From Balanoglossus misakiensis (Eukaryota; Animalia; Hemichordata): a DNA stretch of 64,000 nt. The notes beneath the pieces are model-generated. The model was not told the DNA's origin, did no database searches, and saw nothing but the letters and a program-made list of their open reading frames with translations. The stretch lies in contig CM082587.2 of assembly GCA_040954595.2 (NCBI GenBank), positions 6,003,705-6,067,704 on the forward strand, given 5' to 3'. Position numbers and translations under genes: made by a program. Positions 13,201-27,768 of the stretch are shown piece after piece (within the stretch, counting starts at the first letter, position 1; each line of letters opens with the position of its first letter).

Positions 13201-15599
13201 TCAACTTCTAACTTAATTGTAAAAAGAATCCAAATTCCAACCTTACATGTATTTGCCTCTGTTTTTTTTTTACACTCTGATGTGAAAATCACCCTTGTGG
13301 CTCTCTCTCCTCGCTGAACGACCTTCACCTCAGTTCATTATTGTATTTCAACTTTTTGCACAAATCACATGAAACGAAACAAGCTAATGCCCTTTCCCTC
13401 GCACTCAGAGAAGCTAAAACTGATCAGTCTTTTTTTTCTTTCCTATTTGTTTTTGTATTTAATCAGCGACGTATACAGCAATGGCCGCGCATTGTCAAGG
13501 CTGATGTGATTCGCCCGTCACGGATCACACGATTATATATAACTCCCACGTCTATGCGCGCACGTCTGTCTGCCAACAATAAACCGTCTGGGTTTCTGGT
13601 GGTAAAACAGCCACAGCTGCCACGCTCTTTTTTTTTTGACTACCAAACCAAGAAAATACAACAACAAAAACTTTACAGCGTGCAGTGATCCCCCCTCCCA
13701 CCCCACACATAAAAAAATCATTTCAGATACGTCCACTTGAAAAACTATCTGGCTTACGGTTGACCTTCAGACGTTCATTAAATGTTTGTCTGTGCAGACA
13801 GACATTATGTAAAGGTCCTTTACCTCGAAATTAGGTCAGTCGCGGCCACCGTCTGTCTACCACATATTACACGTCAACTTCAGAATGTAATAAAATTATC
13901 CAGAAATTTACGCCCCAAACCGCACCACACAACACTTCTGATCAAGACAGGGATTTCTCCCCCCCCCCTCCCTCCCCTCAAAATTACAGAACAATTTCCA
14001 ACATTGACAGCACACAGTTTCATGGGGAGCATTTAATTCTCCAATCACATTGACATTGTCCTGGGAGACAATAGAACAAATAAAGGCGTTCTTAAAAATG
14101 CTGCCCAGCCAGAAACTGCAGGTTTCCTGTATAAACAGTTCAATTTTGATCACCCCCCCCCCAAAAAAAAAAAAAAACACATGAAATTTCGAACTGCAAT
14201 AAAAGGTAGCGGTTGGTAGACATTTTATTCTCAGCTGACCTCATCTTTCCTATGTCTACACATCCTCACATCAACAAGGTGGCATGCATCAAACATATTT
14301 GGTTTGCTCCATATAACGATGAATCATATGGACGCTTACAAATCACCACACTCCCATCCCCGGATTTGTAATCTAAACATGTGGGCATTTTGTAAAAGGC
14401 TGGGAAAAGGTGAATGTGTGGTATATATACCCAGCATTGGGCTTTGTTTAATTTAAAAACACTGTCAATTTTATCAATCTGTTTCGGATATATTTTTTTC
14501 TTTCATTTACTTTGCTAATGGAGGGACTATGTGATGCTGGTGACTTGCGCAACATCGCCAATTCATTGGTCGTTCGAAAATTGCCAGTTACTGAGTTAGC
14601 AACATTTCGGTCCTCTCTGAAACAACGCCAATTGGCATTTGAAATCAAGAATAAACACACACTTGCAAGTCAGCATTGTCAACCTCCCTCCCCCTTACAG
14701 TTTTCAACATTTACCAAAACCTCTCAATTTCACTCATTTTAACACTACCATTGAAGCTAACTTGCAATCCAGGGGCGATATAGGGGCGAAACTCAAAAAT
14801 TCCTTGAAACATCAGAAAAATGTGTGTATTCCTATGTACAGGCTCACCCATAACAGGGCTAATTACTCCCCATACAGTACTGTATAGTCTGCATGCTGCA
14901 CTTTATAAAAGTAGGCCTAGTACAATTTACCGGTAGTAATACCGAAATATGCTCCTAATTGCCCGTACAGCTCCATAATTACAATTATCTTTTAATAGCA
15001 GATAATTTGCAATTTACTGTTGGAATCACTTTCAAAAGCATGGCGGCCATTATATGATTTGAATGTAAAACTAAACAAACCAACGTGCATGTGGGTCATT
15101 GTCCATTGTTGATGACTGACCGCCATGTTGGATTGTACCGCAAAACAAAAAAAATCAACGCAGAACTTATTCCAGAATTGATTATGGAAACCATATTTTT
15201 AGGTATACCTGTTGTTATGGAAACAGAATCAACATGAATACTGCTGAGATAAAATGTGAAAAAAAGATTGAAAGACTAACACTCAGCATACAGTAATTCT
15301 TGGTTGCTATGGCAACACAACTAAAATTTGCTGTTCTGACCAATATTTTTTGTAACTCTTTCATTATTTAAACAAATCAGGTAATAAGACATGACCAATC
15401 AGAACTGTCTGGTTTCCTGAAAGATGAAATGTCATAGACACTAATCTCGCCAGAAACAATATCCTTGCAAGACTAATACTCTACTCGAAATACAGTATCA
15501 GGTTCTATTCATATTTTACTCTTACTCAGTTACAATTTTTTAGAATATTTTTTTACTTCTCATCCGACCGGGCGAGATCCCATTTACAAGATGAGGAAC

Positions 15600-15700
15600 C
15601 CACAACTCCTGTGGTTAAGGAGAAGCAAAAAGTGCCTTGCTCGAGGGCACAGCATTGTGGCCATGTCTGGGTCTCAGTGAGCTCTTTACCTTTGCCACAA
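15600..15700 (-). repeat. Possible decayed SINE fragment
   Basis: Minus strand tgtgccctcgagcaaggcactt resembles a segment common in tRNA-derived SINEs of aquatic animals. No intact A/B boxes were seen. Confidence 0.3.
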
Positions 15701-18700
15701 TGCAAAGGCACTGCAAGAAAAGGTCGTTTTTGATTTCTTTCTAGGGGGGGGGGTGTTCTATCTATTTTTAGTTCTTGTCACAAAGCACATTTCATAAATA
15801 TCCTACCACCCCTGAAATACTTGTGTAATGCAGTCTTCCCTGGCCATAAAGGCTCAAACCATAGGAAAATAGGGAGGGAACAGGTCGCACATTCAATCAC
15901 AGAAAAGGACAGATAATGCAATGTAATGTTCCCATTGCAAAAATTAAACTTTTGTTTATGACTGTCAGCAGAAGTGGTAACTACATGAAGAGATCCTGAT
16001 GCCTGGGTTTTCAAATGAACTGCAAAATTAACATAAATTAGCATATTGTTCAATATGTAAATAAAATTCAAATAAACATGATACATTTGAATATTAATCA
16101 TATGTGTGATAGGTCAACTTTCTTAATAAGGGAAATGCATTCTCACTTTCATATCGTCAACAGTGTAAACTATACTGGTATTTTTTGATGAGATTATCAC
16201 TAACCCTCAGCTCAACCTGGGCCTTCATCTTTCTAATTTTTTAGTCCACATCATGTTGTATTTTCAGCTTATTTCTATCACGCAATTTGTTTTAGTATTT
16301 CATGAAAGCTGTGATGAAGAACAAGTAGTCAAGGATCATATCATCCATTGTCGCGGTGTGAGGTAGCGAGACAGCCACCACTGTGCTGAAACTAACAACC
16401 GACAAATATTTCCCCTCCCCTCATCCAAATCTGCCACCTCCCCCAAGTTTTTTTTTCTCTCGTGTGATCCATCTGAGAAAGAAGAATTTCTGCACAAGAT
16501 GGTGGGAAAAGTCTAAAAGTGCTCGTTCAAGTAATATTCGTGAATCCCAAGTAATGGACGCGATCCTGCTTGAGAACGGGAACGAGCTCGCACAAGGCTC
16601 CAACTCCAAGATTTTCAGTCCCGTCCATTGTTCAACAGGTGGTCATAGCTGCTGCCTATCGCCGGACCCGAGACTACTCCAACATCCCCCAGGCTATCAC
16701 CCAGGTCAGCGTGTCTACGTGTGGTTATATATACACACAACCTCACAGCTCAAAGTCTCATTTTCTTTCGGGTTTTGCTTGTAACAAGTAAAATAAAAGT
16801 TCAATGTGAGGGAAAAACACAAGACACCAGAGAAACACCGATGTTCGACCACAAGATCCGAAGTTTCCCAGCTCATCAATCTTGATTAAGCCCGCCCGGC
16901 AGACACAACAGACTCGGCACCTAGAAATCTCACCAGCAACTTTTTTTTGTAAAGTGTCTCTGGTGAATGCAAAGTGCATTTTCGTTTTGTGGCGGCTTAA
17001 TTGTCAGATCTGCGCTGCAGCCATTTGTACTTGAGTCACAGTCATTGTGAGTCACGAACAAAAAGACCCCTCATTACACGCTAACCTTCTTTACAAAGGA
17101 TTCTGCCGAAAATGTAGGTTGAAATTCAGAACGGACGGCCATTCAGAGCACATGATTTTTTTTTTAACTGCCGCATTGGTTCAAGGCGGGGAAGAGAAAA
17201 AAGGAAAGAAACAGTCGGCCCACTTAATTAAGACTCGGATTCCGTAAAACAAAAACTCTCTTCGCGCAAGAGGAGAATACATCAGTGAGCGTTGCAAGTC
17301 TAGAAAGTTCACCTAAGGTCACGTCGGGGCAACATCACAGGTGGGCCAGACAACGCCACTCAGCTACCTTGCCCTTCTAATCTCACAGTTGTAACAAAAA
17401 AACATTTACCATTCACAGTCACATTTCAAAGCTGAAAACAATCGACATAAACAAAGATGTCGTTTAAAAAGTCGCAAAAAAAAAGAACTCGGAGACACTC
17501 GATCAAAGGGCAAGTTACTAACTGCCTTTCACACCACACCAACACTTCTTCCTGGTACTCGAGGAAATCTAGAAATTTATGGTTGTGTTTGGAAATGCAC
17601 GGTCACGTTGTGTCGGCGAGTGCCAGGCTGCACGTCGTTAACAAGATCGTACACGCCACATCCTCTGCGGGTCTGTCGCTTTCTCTCCGAGTACAACAAC
17701 CCAGGAGCTAGCTCCAGTGTGGAAATTATCCAAACACTGAAACTGTGAGATTGGTAGTCGAAACTATAGATTTCTGGCTGGTCGTGGTGAACAAGTTGTG
17801 GGTTATGTGTACGTCGGAACATCGGAGATCTGGTGTGCATGCAGAGATCCAAGAACCGAGTCCACATATCCTTTGATCGTATATAATATATACACAGACA
17901 CACAGCCAACACACAACAATGGTTTAAACTTCACATTAGGACACACGCACAAAAACACAAAAAGTTGAATGGCTGTATCGATCGATGCTTTTCAAATTTG
18001 GCATTCACCTTATAAAGTTTTCTATTTACCGTATGAAGGAACATATAGTACAAATGTTGTTTCACTTGAGTGGGTTTTTTTTTTATCTAGCGCCCACCGA
18101 CATCAGCCATTGTGAATGACATTGGGAGTGTGCGTTTTTTTTTTTTATTATCGGGTCCGTACGCTCATAGTACCATGTGTGTGCGTGAACTCGCAATACA
18201 ATGTACATACAGAGAGAGAGGCAAGAGTTCCCCCCGCTTACCTTGTCGAGACTGCCTGTCTGGGCCGAAACCGTTGCTCTCCGTGAAGGAACTCAGCCGG
18301 GCGGCAAGATCTTGGCTACCTGGAAAGAAAGCGAACATGGTTACCGTCCGGTGTGACCAAGTCCTGTGAGGGATACGCGTCACCAAGCCTCCGTCCTGCT
18401 CCTTTTCATGGCCACAAAATTCTTGCACATCTCCTGTCTGCCGGGCCGGCCAAGTAAAGTGTGCCAACGTAAGGGGTCAACATATGTTCAACTGCACTGC
18501 GCTCCCTTAACTCGGTGGGAAATGCTCACGCGTGTATACAAAAAAAAAAAAAAAATCCTGCCAGTCTCTTTTTGTGCTTTTTTTCTTCGTACGCATGCCC
18601 CGTATTCTTGTCTGTTCGTTGTCTATTTTTAAAGCGCATTCAAAGCCCCCCGACTCACCAGCTCAAAAATCGTCATAATTGAAAATTGAAACTTATGCTC

Positions 18701-21700
18701 CTCCCATAATAGTTAGCACAGCAGGTCCAACAAAACTAGTTAGTTCCATTACAATACAATTAACATCCATTTTCAACACAAACGTAACAATTAATTTTGA
18801 GAAAAAAACATGATTTGATCTTTCATATAGTCCCTTCACAATGTTTTTCTCAATGCTACATATACATATACACAATAAAAAGGGGACAAAACACACATTT
18901 TGGGGTAATTTTTATACTTTGGTTAACGTTTTTCGACCAAAGTGTGAAAATCAAATGCAGACAATAATCCTGTAATTTTATTGCTGTTCTTATGCCTGGT
19001 GAAAAAAAACATGATCCAATATCAGCATCTGGTGAATAAGTTGGCAAGAATCAAAATTAGGTACAAGAGAGATTTCTCTGAAGAAACAAAACACAGAACA
19101 TCAAGTATTGATGACCAGACCAAAAACATTCCCCTACCATCAAAGAATACATCCGAATATTACATGCGTTTACTTTCTAACTGCTCGATCAAATTTTCTT
19201 CTTCAGTCTTTTTTCCAAGAATTACGAGCACTGAATTGATAATATAAAGGGAGAAAAATGGCAGCTGCATCAGTTCAGGTCAACGTCACCATCAACTCTC
19301 GCACCTCAGCTCGCCAGACTCCTACACTCTCTGCGTCGTGCCTAATTGATTCTTTCAAGAGTGGATTGTTACAGAGGAGGGCTACAATGGCCGCCACTAA
19401 TGCATAGTTTCTGTTCTCTCAAAGGGAGGGAGGGGGGGGGGGGGGTTGTAGCCGTGTGCTGTTTTCAACTCTCCTCTCCCCAAAAAGACGACATTTGTAG
19501 CGGTTTTAGCTCCGGCGGAAAAACTGGCCCGTCTCGAGGCTGCAGGACAGCGAGAGAGACTTATCGGCCGGCCGGACCACTGAACTGGTGATCTTTAAGA
19601 ATATCTTGGAAGAAACCACTGAATCTCAAATGCTTGCAGAACTTTCCTTGGAGTACAAACTACAACATTTAACTTGAAGCCTATACATACTGTGGCTCTG
19701 AAAATCTGGGGAGCCAATCTCCATGACAACGGCAGAATAAAATCCTTTCACCAAGATCATCACAATCCGAGTCTGAAGCTGACACCAGGATGTTCAAATT
19801 TTGTCACAAATTACAGATAAACCCCCTTAGACAGCAAATCTCACCAAAAAATTTAATTTTGCTAAAATATTTGTCAATTTTGTCTTTCCTCGCCATCTCT
19901 AAATTTCTGATTCAGCCCCAGTGTGAGGCTTCACTTGTGAAAAATGTGTCGCTTGGCGTGAGATACATACAGTAATGCATACAGTGATCATATGGCCCAC
20001 AAGAATATATTCTCAGTGTACAAAGAGAATATTTTCCAAAATACTTAACAAAATCGTTTATAGCTTCATGCACTCACCGTTTACTCATAAAAGTAAACTG
20101 TTTAAAAAAAATTGGTTTCATGTTGCCAGGATGAAATATTTTTGTGCAAATCAATGGATGATCTTTCAAGACGCAAGGCAGGCTGGGATATAATTTGGAG
20201 GTTTTAAATGTTATATTTGGATTTAATATAACAGATGAAATTTATTATTATATAAATGTTTTAATCATGGCAACAACTGTGCCTGGCACTAAAATTAACA
20301 GAAACCACAACAAAACACTTTCCAGTACGGAGTATGTAGCACACAAAATTTGCAAAATGTCTTCTTTGTAATATAAAATGGATATTCAGTTTCTGAAACA
20401 GCAATCCTTTAATGGCAGTGGCAAAGTAATCGACAAGCGGTCACATGGTGCCTTGTTTCCCGAAAGAAATTCGACGTGCCAGGCAAAAAAAAATGAAACT
20501 GTTTTATCTATACCACTGGTACCTTCTGCAAGTTCACTGGCTGTATTCCCAATCAGTAATTCTACACTGACGTTTAGTATACCCGTACAATTAAAACAGC
20601 CAGCAAATTGCTTTAAGGGTGGACGATTAAGATGTATTTTGATTACCGTGGTCAAATTTACACCAAATTTTGGTTTTGGTGGCGCTTTCATGATTTGTGA
20701 GCCAGAATGTTTCATGCGCTATCAATGAAGAATGTTTGAGGGGAAAATTCAAAACAAATATAAATTAAAAAGCAACATCAACTCTAGGATGTTCATGAAA
20801 CCAATGCTCAATTTTTAACAGCTACAATGTAATATCCCATTTGAAGTAAACTAAATCACACCAAAGAATGTCTAGCCACTCAGCTTCATAAGAGTGCAAT
20901 GTTTTGTAAGGATTCGCACATAAATGTGTCTGATGTCATGAGAACCGAAAGATGCATGGCTTGAATGAAAATGCATGTCACCATAAATATGTGTGCAATG
21001 CATCGAAGGGACAATGCTGGTGCTTTCCCTTCCCGGTCCTGGACTGGTGCATGATGGGATAGATGCATCAGCGGTGGGAGGTTCCTGACACCATAAGTAA
21101 TTCATTCCCTCCCCCACCCCCCACCCCCCCCCCCACCCCACAAGAGGATGGAAAATCCTCCTACAAAACTTCCAAGAGCTAAGTGTAACACAATTAATGG
21201 ACAACTTCTGCTAGATTCCAATTGCTATGTACATGTACACGCACAAGTTTTTGAAGAGTATATAATGAACATTTCAGATGCATAAACCAGTCGGACCCTC
21301 TCACATATTCATCTAGTAATTGGAAGTGATGGGTTTGAAGTGGAAAAAAAACCCACACAGCCTGATGTTACATCAGTATAAAGTTCCTTTAAAATTCACA
21401 GTGTTTCACGCCTGCCGTTACAGTTTCACCTTTGTACAGTACTGACCTGTGATGAAGGGTGTGTCATATTTGAAGGGGGGTACTAGTAGATAGGTAGGTG
21501 TGGGAGGGAGGTCGGGTGGTAGCTAGTACATTTGTAATTTTTTTCCCTGTGTGATTTACTACATGTTAATCTAAGTCACAGAGATTCATTATATAAAACT
21601 GCACCTAGCCCCCCCCCCCCCCTCCCCAATTCAGCTACAGTAATGTTTTACAGAAGTTAAGTTTTTGTTTCAAACTTTCTCATCAGCATATTACTATAGA

Positions 21701-24220
21701 TTCGTGAACGTTTGTAGCTGTATACAACTTGTAATGGCTTCAAATCTCACTGGGGTACTGCACGTACAGATGTTTGTTGTCTTGAAGCGGTTTTCAATTT
21801 ATCAAAGTAGATGCGGGTCACCGCTTTTTTCATCGTGTTTCACAGTCGCCTGACGAGCTTGCACTTTTCATGGAAGTCACGGCACTGTACGAAAGTTGAA
21901 CGGCAGTCTGATGAAAAGTCTGACCTCTCTGGCAGGACAGGGTCACTGATAAGCCGTCAGAGAGAGAGGGAGAAGTGGGAGGGGGGGGACGCGGACAGTA
22001 AGAAATTGAGCTTGAGTATTTATTTATAAGCGCTTGTTATATATGGCGCACGCCCCGTGTCTCACCCCAGACACCATTGTTCCCAGATCTCGTCAGGGAC
22101 ACAGCCAATGAAACGCCAACAGCCAAAATGACATCAGCCATGTACGTGACACAAGTTAGCGCTGGCAGACGCCATTGTCTGCCCGCTGTACAGCGCCATT
22201 GTTGAGAGCAAATGCACACCGCACCCCCAAAGCAGCAGGGCCCTCTCACATACATACACGAAGACCTTTCCATTTTCAGAAAAACCCTATTCTTCTCTGC
22301 TTAAAGCTGGATATATATTATTTCCGACGTGGCCAGCGCAAAGAATCAAGATCCCCCAACATTTTTGGCAGATATTTGCAAGAACGTAAATCTCCAGGTG
22401 GGTCGGGCACTGTCTGACATCTGACATTGGCAAGTTTCCATGGGTCTGTTTTTAGTGTTGAGTACAATTGAAGGCTAGTGATGCATGGGAACCACGCTAA
22501 ACTAAAATAAAAACTTCACCCAGTTTCAAGTACATGACTTGAATAATAATTAAACAGGGTTTATCAAGCCAGCATGCGACGAAAACATTTTTTTGAGTTT
22601 TAACCTACGATCACAGATGAGATCAGAACATGCATAAATTGTGTAAATTTTTCAATTTTCCATTGGACACAACAGTTTCAAACACAGCTCTTCTACATAA
22701 AAAAAACACTTTCAACATTTTATTTCAGTTCTAGATGCAAACCTCAAAACAAGAATAGGTTCAAAACGAGAGCATGCATTATTAAAAATAGGGATGTTTT
22801 GTCAACCTCTATGACTTGGAACTAAAGCAAATGCAAAATACATGTGCTCTAAAACTAAAATTAGACAAAAAGACACACCAAAATAGAGCATTAGTATCTC
22901 CAACAATTATTGAAGCACAAAAGTAACCATTTTTATCCCCCATTCTTCCATTACCATACGTCCCTACAAAACCATAAAAGTTCTTATTTTATAGCGGGAA
23001 TTTAGATCATCCTGTTGCAGTACCCGCATGTTGAAATAAAAACAGCCTACATAGATGTTTCTTTCACCAAACATAAATAGTTTACATGGAATGCTGGCCA
23101 GCTTTCGAGCAAAAATAAAGTCTGATATTCGTGGAAAAACTTGAGAAGGAAGGGAACTGGGGCACTTAGGCTGTATTCGCGAAAGATGCAGTCCCCCTCC
23201 CCCCCCCCCCCCCAGAAATAATTCCTAATTCTCTAAATCTTCAGGTACTGAGCACAGCTAATGAAGAAATGTACAGCTCCCTCTATTGTGCTATTAATGA
23301 AATTCTTAAAGAAACGATGACGTTGTCTGTGAGACAGCCGCTCACGGGCACAATTTGGTCCAACCCCTGTTATTTTCGGTGGAACATCACATACTCAAGG
23401 AATTTGGGGAGACAAATGTTGAAAGCGACCACAAACCCAAAATAAACTAGTCACTTCTATACATCATAACCCTTTTCTTCTTTCATTTAAACAGATCGAC
23501 AAAGCATGCTTTTTTATACATTATGTGTGCTCCATCGAAAAGTAAATTCTATTTGCGGTACTTGTAATCGCTTTGTCCAGTGTATCTATTTTATACGACT
23601 GTTTATAAACAGGCACAAGCATGCACTACTTGTACCTGTGTATCTATCTATAACTCTAGATTCTTGGAAAAGTATTTTCTGGCAAAGGAGGATAGAAATA
23701 TCCTGTGTCTACCATGTAATTTGAGAGAGAGAGGGGGGGGGGGGCTCTGTCAGAAGTTTCAGGTGTTCTAAAGTTCTTTTACCAGAGCCTGATTAATTTG
23801 GTTGCAGCGGAGGGTGTTCAGGTTCTAGGATAAATTTTCATATACATGAACGGTACTATGAAATCTGCATACATGTGTGGACATGCATTAAATACATGAG
23901 CTGAGGGCTGCAGAACACTTTACTCCCTCACAGGTGATTCGAGGCAAGGCTGAAAGGAACATGTACGGTACACACTAGTTACACTTCTCCAAGCAATTGT
24001 CGCCACTCGTCCAAACGGCAAGATCGCTGCGTGGCAATCACACCAAATGTAGAAACACTGAGCGCGTTGTTCAAGTATACGCCGTTCCTTCCTTTGATGG
24101 GTCAGAGGACACACGCACGTACGTCACTGCGAATTCATGTCGACTAGTGTTAGTCAAGTGTGGCTGGAAACGGCCTGGTCAGAGAGGATTAATTACTTTA
24201 GCCTGGACTTTGTCCTGGTC

Positions 24221-24310
24221 AACCCTTTCACCACCATGGTTTGGTCCAAATCCATTGTTTTCTATATGGTAAACTTGGGTTGGAGGGAACTGGGGGGGGG
24301 GGGGGTGTGA
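24221..24310. mobile_element. Second, decayed copy of the 50134 MITE in opposite orientation
   Basis: AACCCTTTCACCACCATGGTTTGGTCCAAATCCATTGTTTTCT matches the reverse complement of the 50180-50222 end (AACCCTTTCACTACCATGGTTTAGTCCAAATCCATCGTTTTCT). Confidence 0.75.
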
Positions 24311-25105
24311 TAGTTCAAATTGTCTAAGTTGGTGGATGACACTCATAGACAACGGGGTGAAATAAACGACTTATAGCCTTGACTTTCTAAGCTGTTTCAT
24401 TCAGACAGGTACTTGGCAGCACAGGTCTGGAGATTATGTAGTACGTTGTGCATGCATGTACGGTAAATCAATGGCTATGTACGGGTACAGTGAATAGCCA
24501 ATCACATCACTCCTTACTTCTGCACATAGGAATAGCGCCAACATTGTGATGGTCACATGACTAACGTATGAGCAAACTCATTATCATGGTAAAAATATTT
24601 CAAACTAAAATTTTCAGCATTAACAAGAACTACTGTAAGTGCAAATTAATGTTTTCGTAAAAACTCAAAAATATCGTTGCCCGCGACTCCCACTGAAATC
24701 CATCTGTCTGCTATTCATCAACGGTAAAGGAGTTCTGTGTGTCAGGGGGTTGAGTATATATTGTGCCTGTCTGTTTCACCTCATGGTGCATATATTGGCC
24801 TGGTATTAAGCTGGGATTAAATGTAACACATGGCTCGCTTAAGCCAAATCCTATATTAACTCCTCACCCATTTTTTTTTCTTCTATTTTTTTTTCCAGCC
24901 TGCAACCAGACAGACATTTCTAAAAAATTAAATTCATGGTATAACGCATCATGTTTATACAAAGTGAAAAATGGGGGGGGGAGGCAGACAGACAGACAGG
25001 CAGCTGACGACATTCAATGACGACAAAGACAGGTAGCGCTGATGAAACAGCAAATCGTTCAATATAATGGCGACTGTGGAAGTGCAAGGTTTGGATGGCA
25101 GAAAA

Positions 25106-25318
25106 TACTGTAAAACACTTTATTTTCGCGAGCAATAAATTTTCGCGAAATACGCGAGAGCCAAAATAGCCTGAAAATAAAAAGTCGCGTACATTTTTTT
25201 TTGAAGATTACGATGCAGTGAATGAAATAAGAGAACGCGAAAATTAATACTCGCGAAACATTGGCCTCTCTCGATATCGCGAAAATTTTGACTCGCGAAA
25301 ATAAAATGTTTTACAGTA
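25106..25318. mobile_element. TA-flanked MITE (Tc1/mariner/pogo-type TSD), relatively intact copy
   Basis: TA|CTGTAAAACACTTTATTTTCGCGAG ... CTCGCGAAAATAAAATGTTTTACAG|TA. TIR matches at 24/25 bp and extends imperfectly to ~55 bp. Internal TCGCGAAA repeats. Confidence 0.9.
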
Positions 25319-26031
25319 AAATTGGTACTAATATGGGGAGTTATTGTTGATAAGAAGAAATCTGAGCGTTTTCTACAGAGTCCATAGTGAGTCGCGTGAC
25401 AAATTATACGCCCCTCTGCGAACGCTGCCAGGCAAAGAGATTACACGTTAGAAGCATTCGAACGTACGTGAGCAGGCAGTATCAGACAACCCACCTTGAT
25501 TTGACCTTGATCAATATGAAAGCAGAGAGCCACCGCACTTTCCTTTCAATCGAAAGGGCATACGTGACGAAACGTGTCTTATCTACGTCATTTACCAAAG
25601 TGGCACTGTTAGCGATTGTATTTGACCTTTAGGTATCTTTCCAAGGACGAATGGAACTATAGCTCATAGAAAAACATCTAATTCGTGGAAAGCTACAAAA
25701 AGAGGAACTCAACCGGTTTCAGGCGGAATATACGTGCACCCATGACTATGGTTTTGTCAAGTACACTTTCTTTAATTAACACACAAATACACCAAAAAAA
25801 CAATTAAATAATATGATTTGTTCTCTGATTACTTATTTAGAGAAGCTGATTAATTAACATTTCACAGTGTGCTAAATACTAATAGATTGGTAAAACAATG
25901 ACTGGCTGCACATTTACATTTTTTTTACCAGGGGTTACGGAGGTGGGGGGGGGAGAGAGAATGTAATATTACAGCAGAAGAGAGAGGAAGGAACTGACTA
26001 CCCGAAAATTTGGCAGGGCCACAGGTGGCCA

Positions 26032-26043
26032 TGACCTTGACCT
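26032..26043 (-). promoter_or_regulatory. Perfect DR0 element (AGGTCAAGGTCA), the canonical GCNF response element
   Basis: The + strand reads TGACCTTGACCT. An extended half-site TCAAGGTCA lies at 26078-26086. Function is inferred. Confidence 0.55.
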
Positions 26044-27475
26044 GAATATTCCCAAGCAGCAACGTCAATTAATCTCTTCAAGGTCACTGTCTCTTTGCGT
26101 GCTGATGATCAGCCAAGCGAATGATCAGTGATGACATCCAACCGAACACAATATTTAATCACTGCAATGAGAAGTTCATGCTGCATTTAATTTCACGGTC
26201 AGGTCTATACGGCCACCCTCGAGAAATCCACTTAGCGGCAGCGTACGTTTCGCATCACCTTGACGATCATATCATCATAGGAACCTGGTAATCAGGGTCA
26301 ATGTCATCAGAGAGGTCTGAGACAAATGCTACTTTTGAATATATGAAAACACTATCAACTGCATTCACCCATGCATAGCAACAAACAATGGTCCATAAAA
26401 ATACTTGTACGGTACATGTACATTTGTATTATACACACCCAGGTGCTAAAAATGGCAGTCGATCGCGCTCTCGATAAATGGCGGGCTCTGCTTCATCAAA
26501 CAGGTTGAAAAGGAAAGTGTTTCAGGGACTCATTAACGACAAACCGTCTCTCAATTAGATTTAATTTACCGCAGGTTGGTCCCCTGCAGTGGCGGCGGTT
26601 TTAGAAAAACGAGCCGGGAAGGACTGCTCCGACCAGACTGACCAATATTTGAACCCGGTCCGCTACGAATCCCCATTGCAATAGGCTGAGACAAGGCCTT
26701 TCACAATTCGCAAGTGGAGATCAAAAAGTTTGTTTTAAACCTCATAATGTAACTTCATAACCTCATAATGTAAGACAAAAATGATCACAAGTTTGCAAAC
26801 ATTCGAGTTTCCAATATAGACAATGCCAGGTTAATACTAATGACAACGACCACTCCATGTAACATGCCATTTAATTTAAAACATCAAATGGTATTTCTCA
26901 TGGGAATGTTTCAAAGTCCATAAGACTATATTTGGACTGCCTGTTTCAAGTTGAAATTAAACCCAGCCGTAATGTCGAAAAATGGCAAGGCAAAATAATC
27001 TCACCAATAATAAAGGATTTACGTCATGTCGTTTGGGTTTATACAATCATCAACCTTCGCTATGTGCTATACTATTTCTTACAGACATAAAAACTCCTTG
27101 GTAAGTACAGTGCATTCATCCGTTCATAGCATTATGCAATTTCATCTTCCTTTAATTTTTAAAAGTGCCTCTTTCACTGTCTAGTGCATTTTTAGTTAAT
27201 TTTAGAAACAGGATGTCAGTATTCGTGTAATGGTTTTGAGGGCTTCGGTGTACGTGCTTCCATTTTGCATGAATCTGAATAAGCTACGAGTATTGTTGTT
27301 CAAGGACTTTGTGCTGGGAGTCATGGTTACGGTGCGGATCTCGATGTCAGTACAATGGACGATGACGGTGATGAAATAAGATGTTGCATCAGACGGTGTC
27401 ACTGATGATGAATTCTCATAATGTCCACACGGTTCAGAGGGGGTTTACTCATGACCTACTGTGTTACTTGTTGCC

Positions 27476-27659
27476 AATGATGAAGGCAGTGGTGATGATG
27501 GTATTAATTGTGATGATGTTGACAATGATGATGATTGCGAAGATGGTGGTGGTGGTGGTGGTGGTGGTGGTGGTGGTGGTGATGATAATGATGATGATGA
27601 TGATGATGATGATGATTATGGTGATGGTGGTGGTGATGATGATGATGATGATAATGATA

Positions 27660-27700
<41 letters not shown>

Positions 27701-27768
27701 GAAGATGGTGATGATTATGTGTGACAATGATGATGATGATGGTGAGGAGTGATGATGGGTGATGATGA
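27476..27768. repeat. Compound (GAT)n/(GGT)n trinucleotide microsatellite
   Basis: Directly visible. It accounts for the poly-Asp/Gly, poly-Met/Val and poly-Ile/Thr ORFs in the track. Confidence 0.95.

Noticed and set aside
17577-17912. 111-aa minus-strand intronic ORF and a nearby 22-nt micro-exon-like segment (~17410-17431)
   Set aside because: The ORF ends in a stop with no homology, and the micro-exon is not frame-preserving.
18295-18330. GGCAAGATCTTGGC, similar to miR-31; checked because vertebrate NR6A1 hosts miR-181
   Set aside because: The 3' part diverges and there is no pre-miRNA hairpin. No conserved miRNA was recognised by eye; a MirGeneDB/Rfam search is needed to exclude one.
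27381-27752. Acidic poly-Asp/Gly and poly-Met ORFs
   Set aside because: Artefacts of the (GAT)/(GGT) microsatellite.
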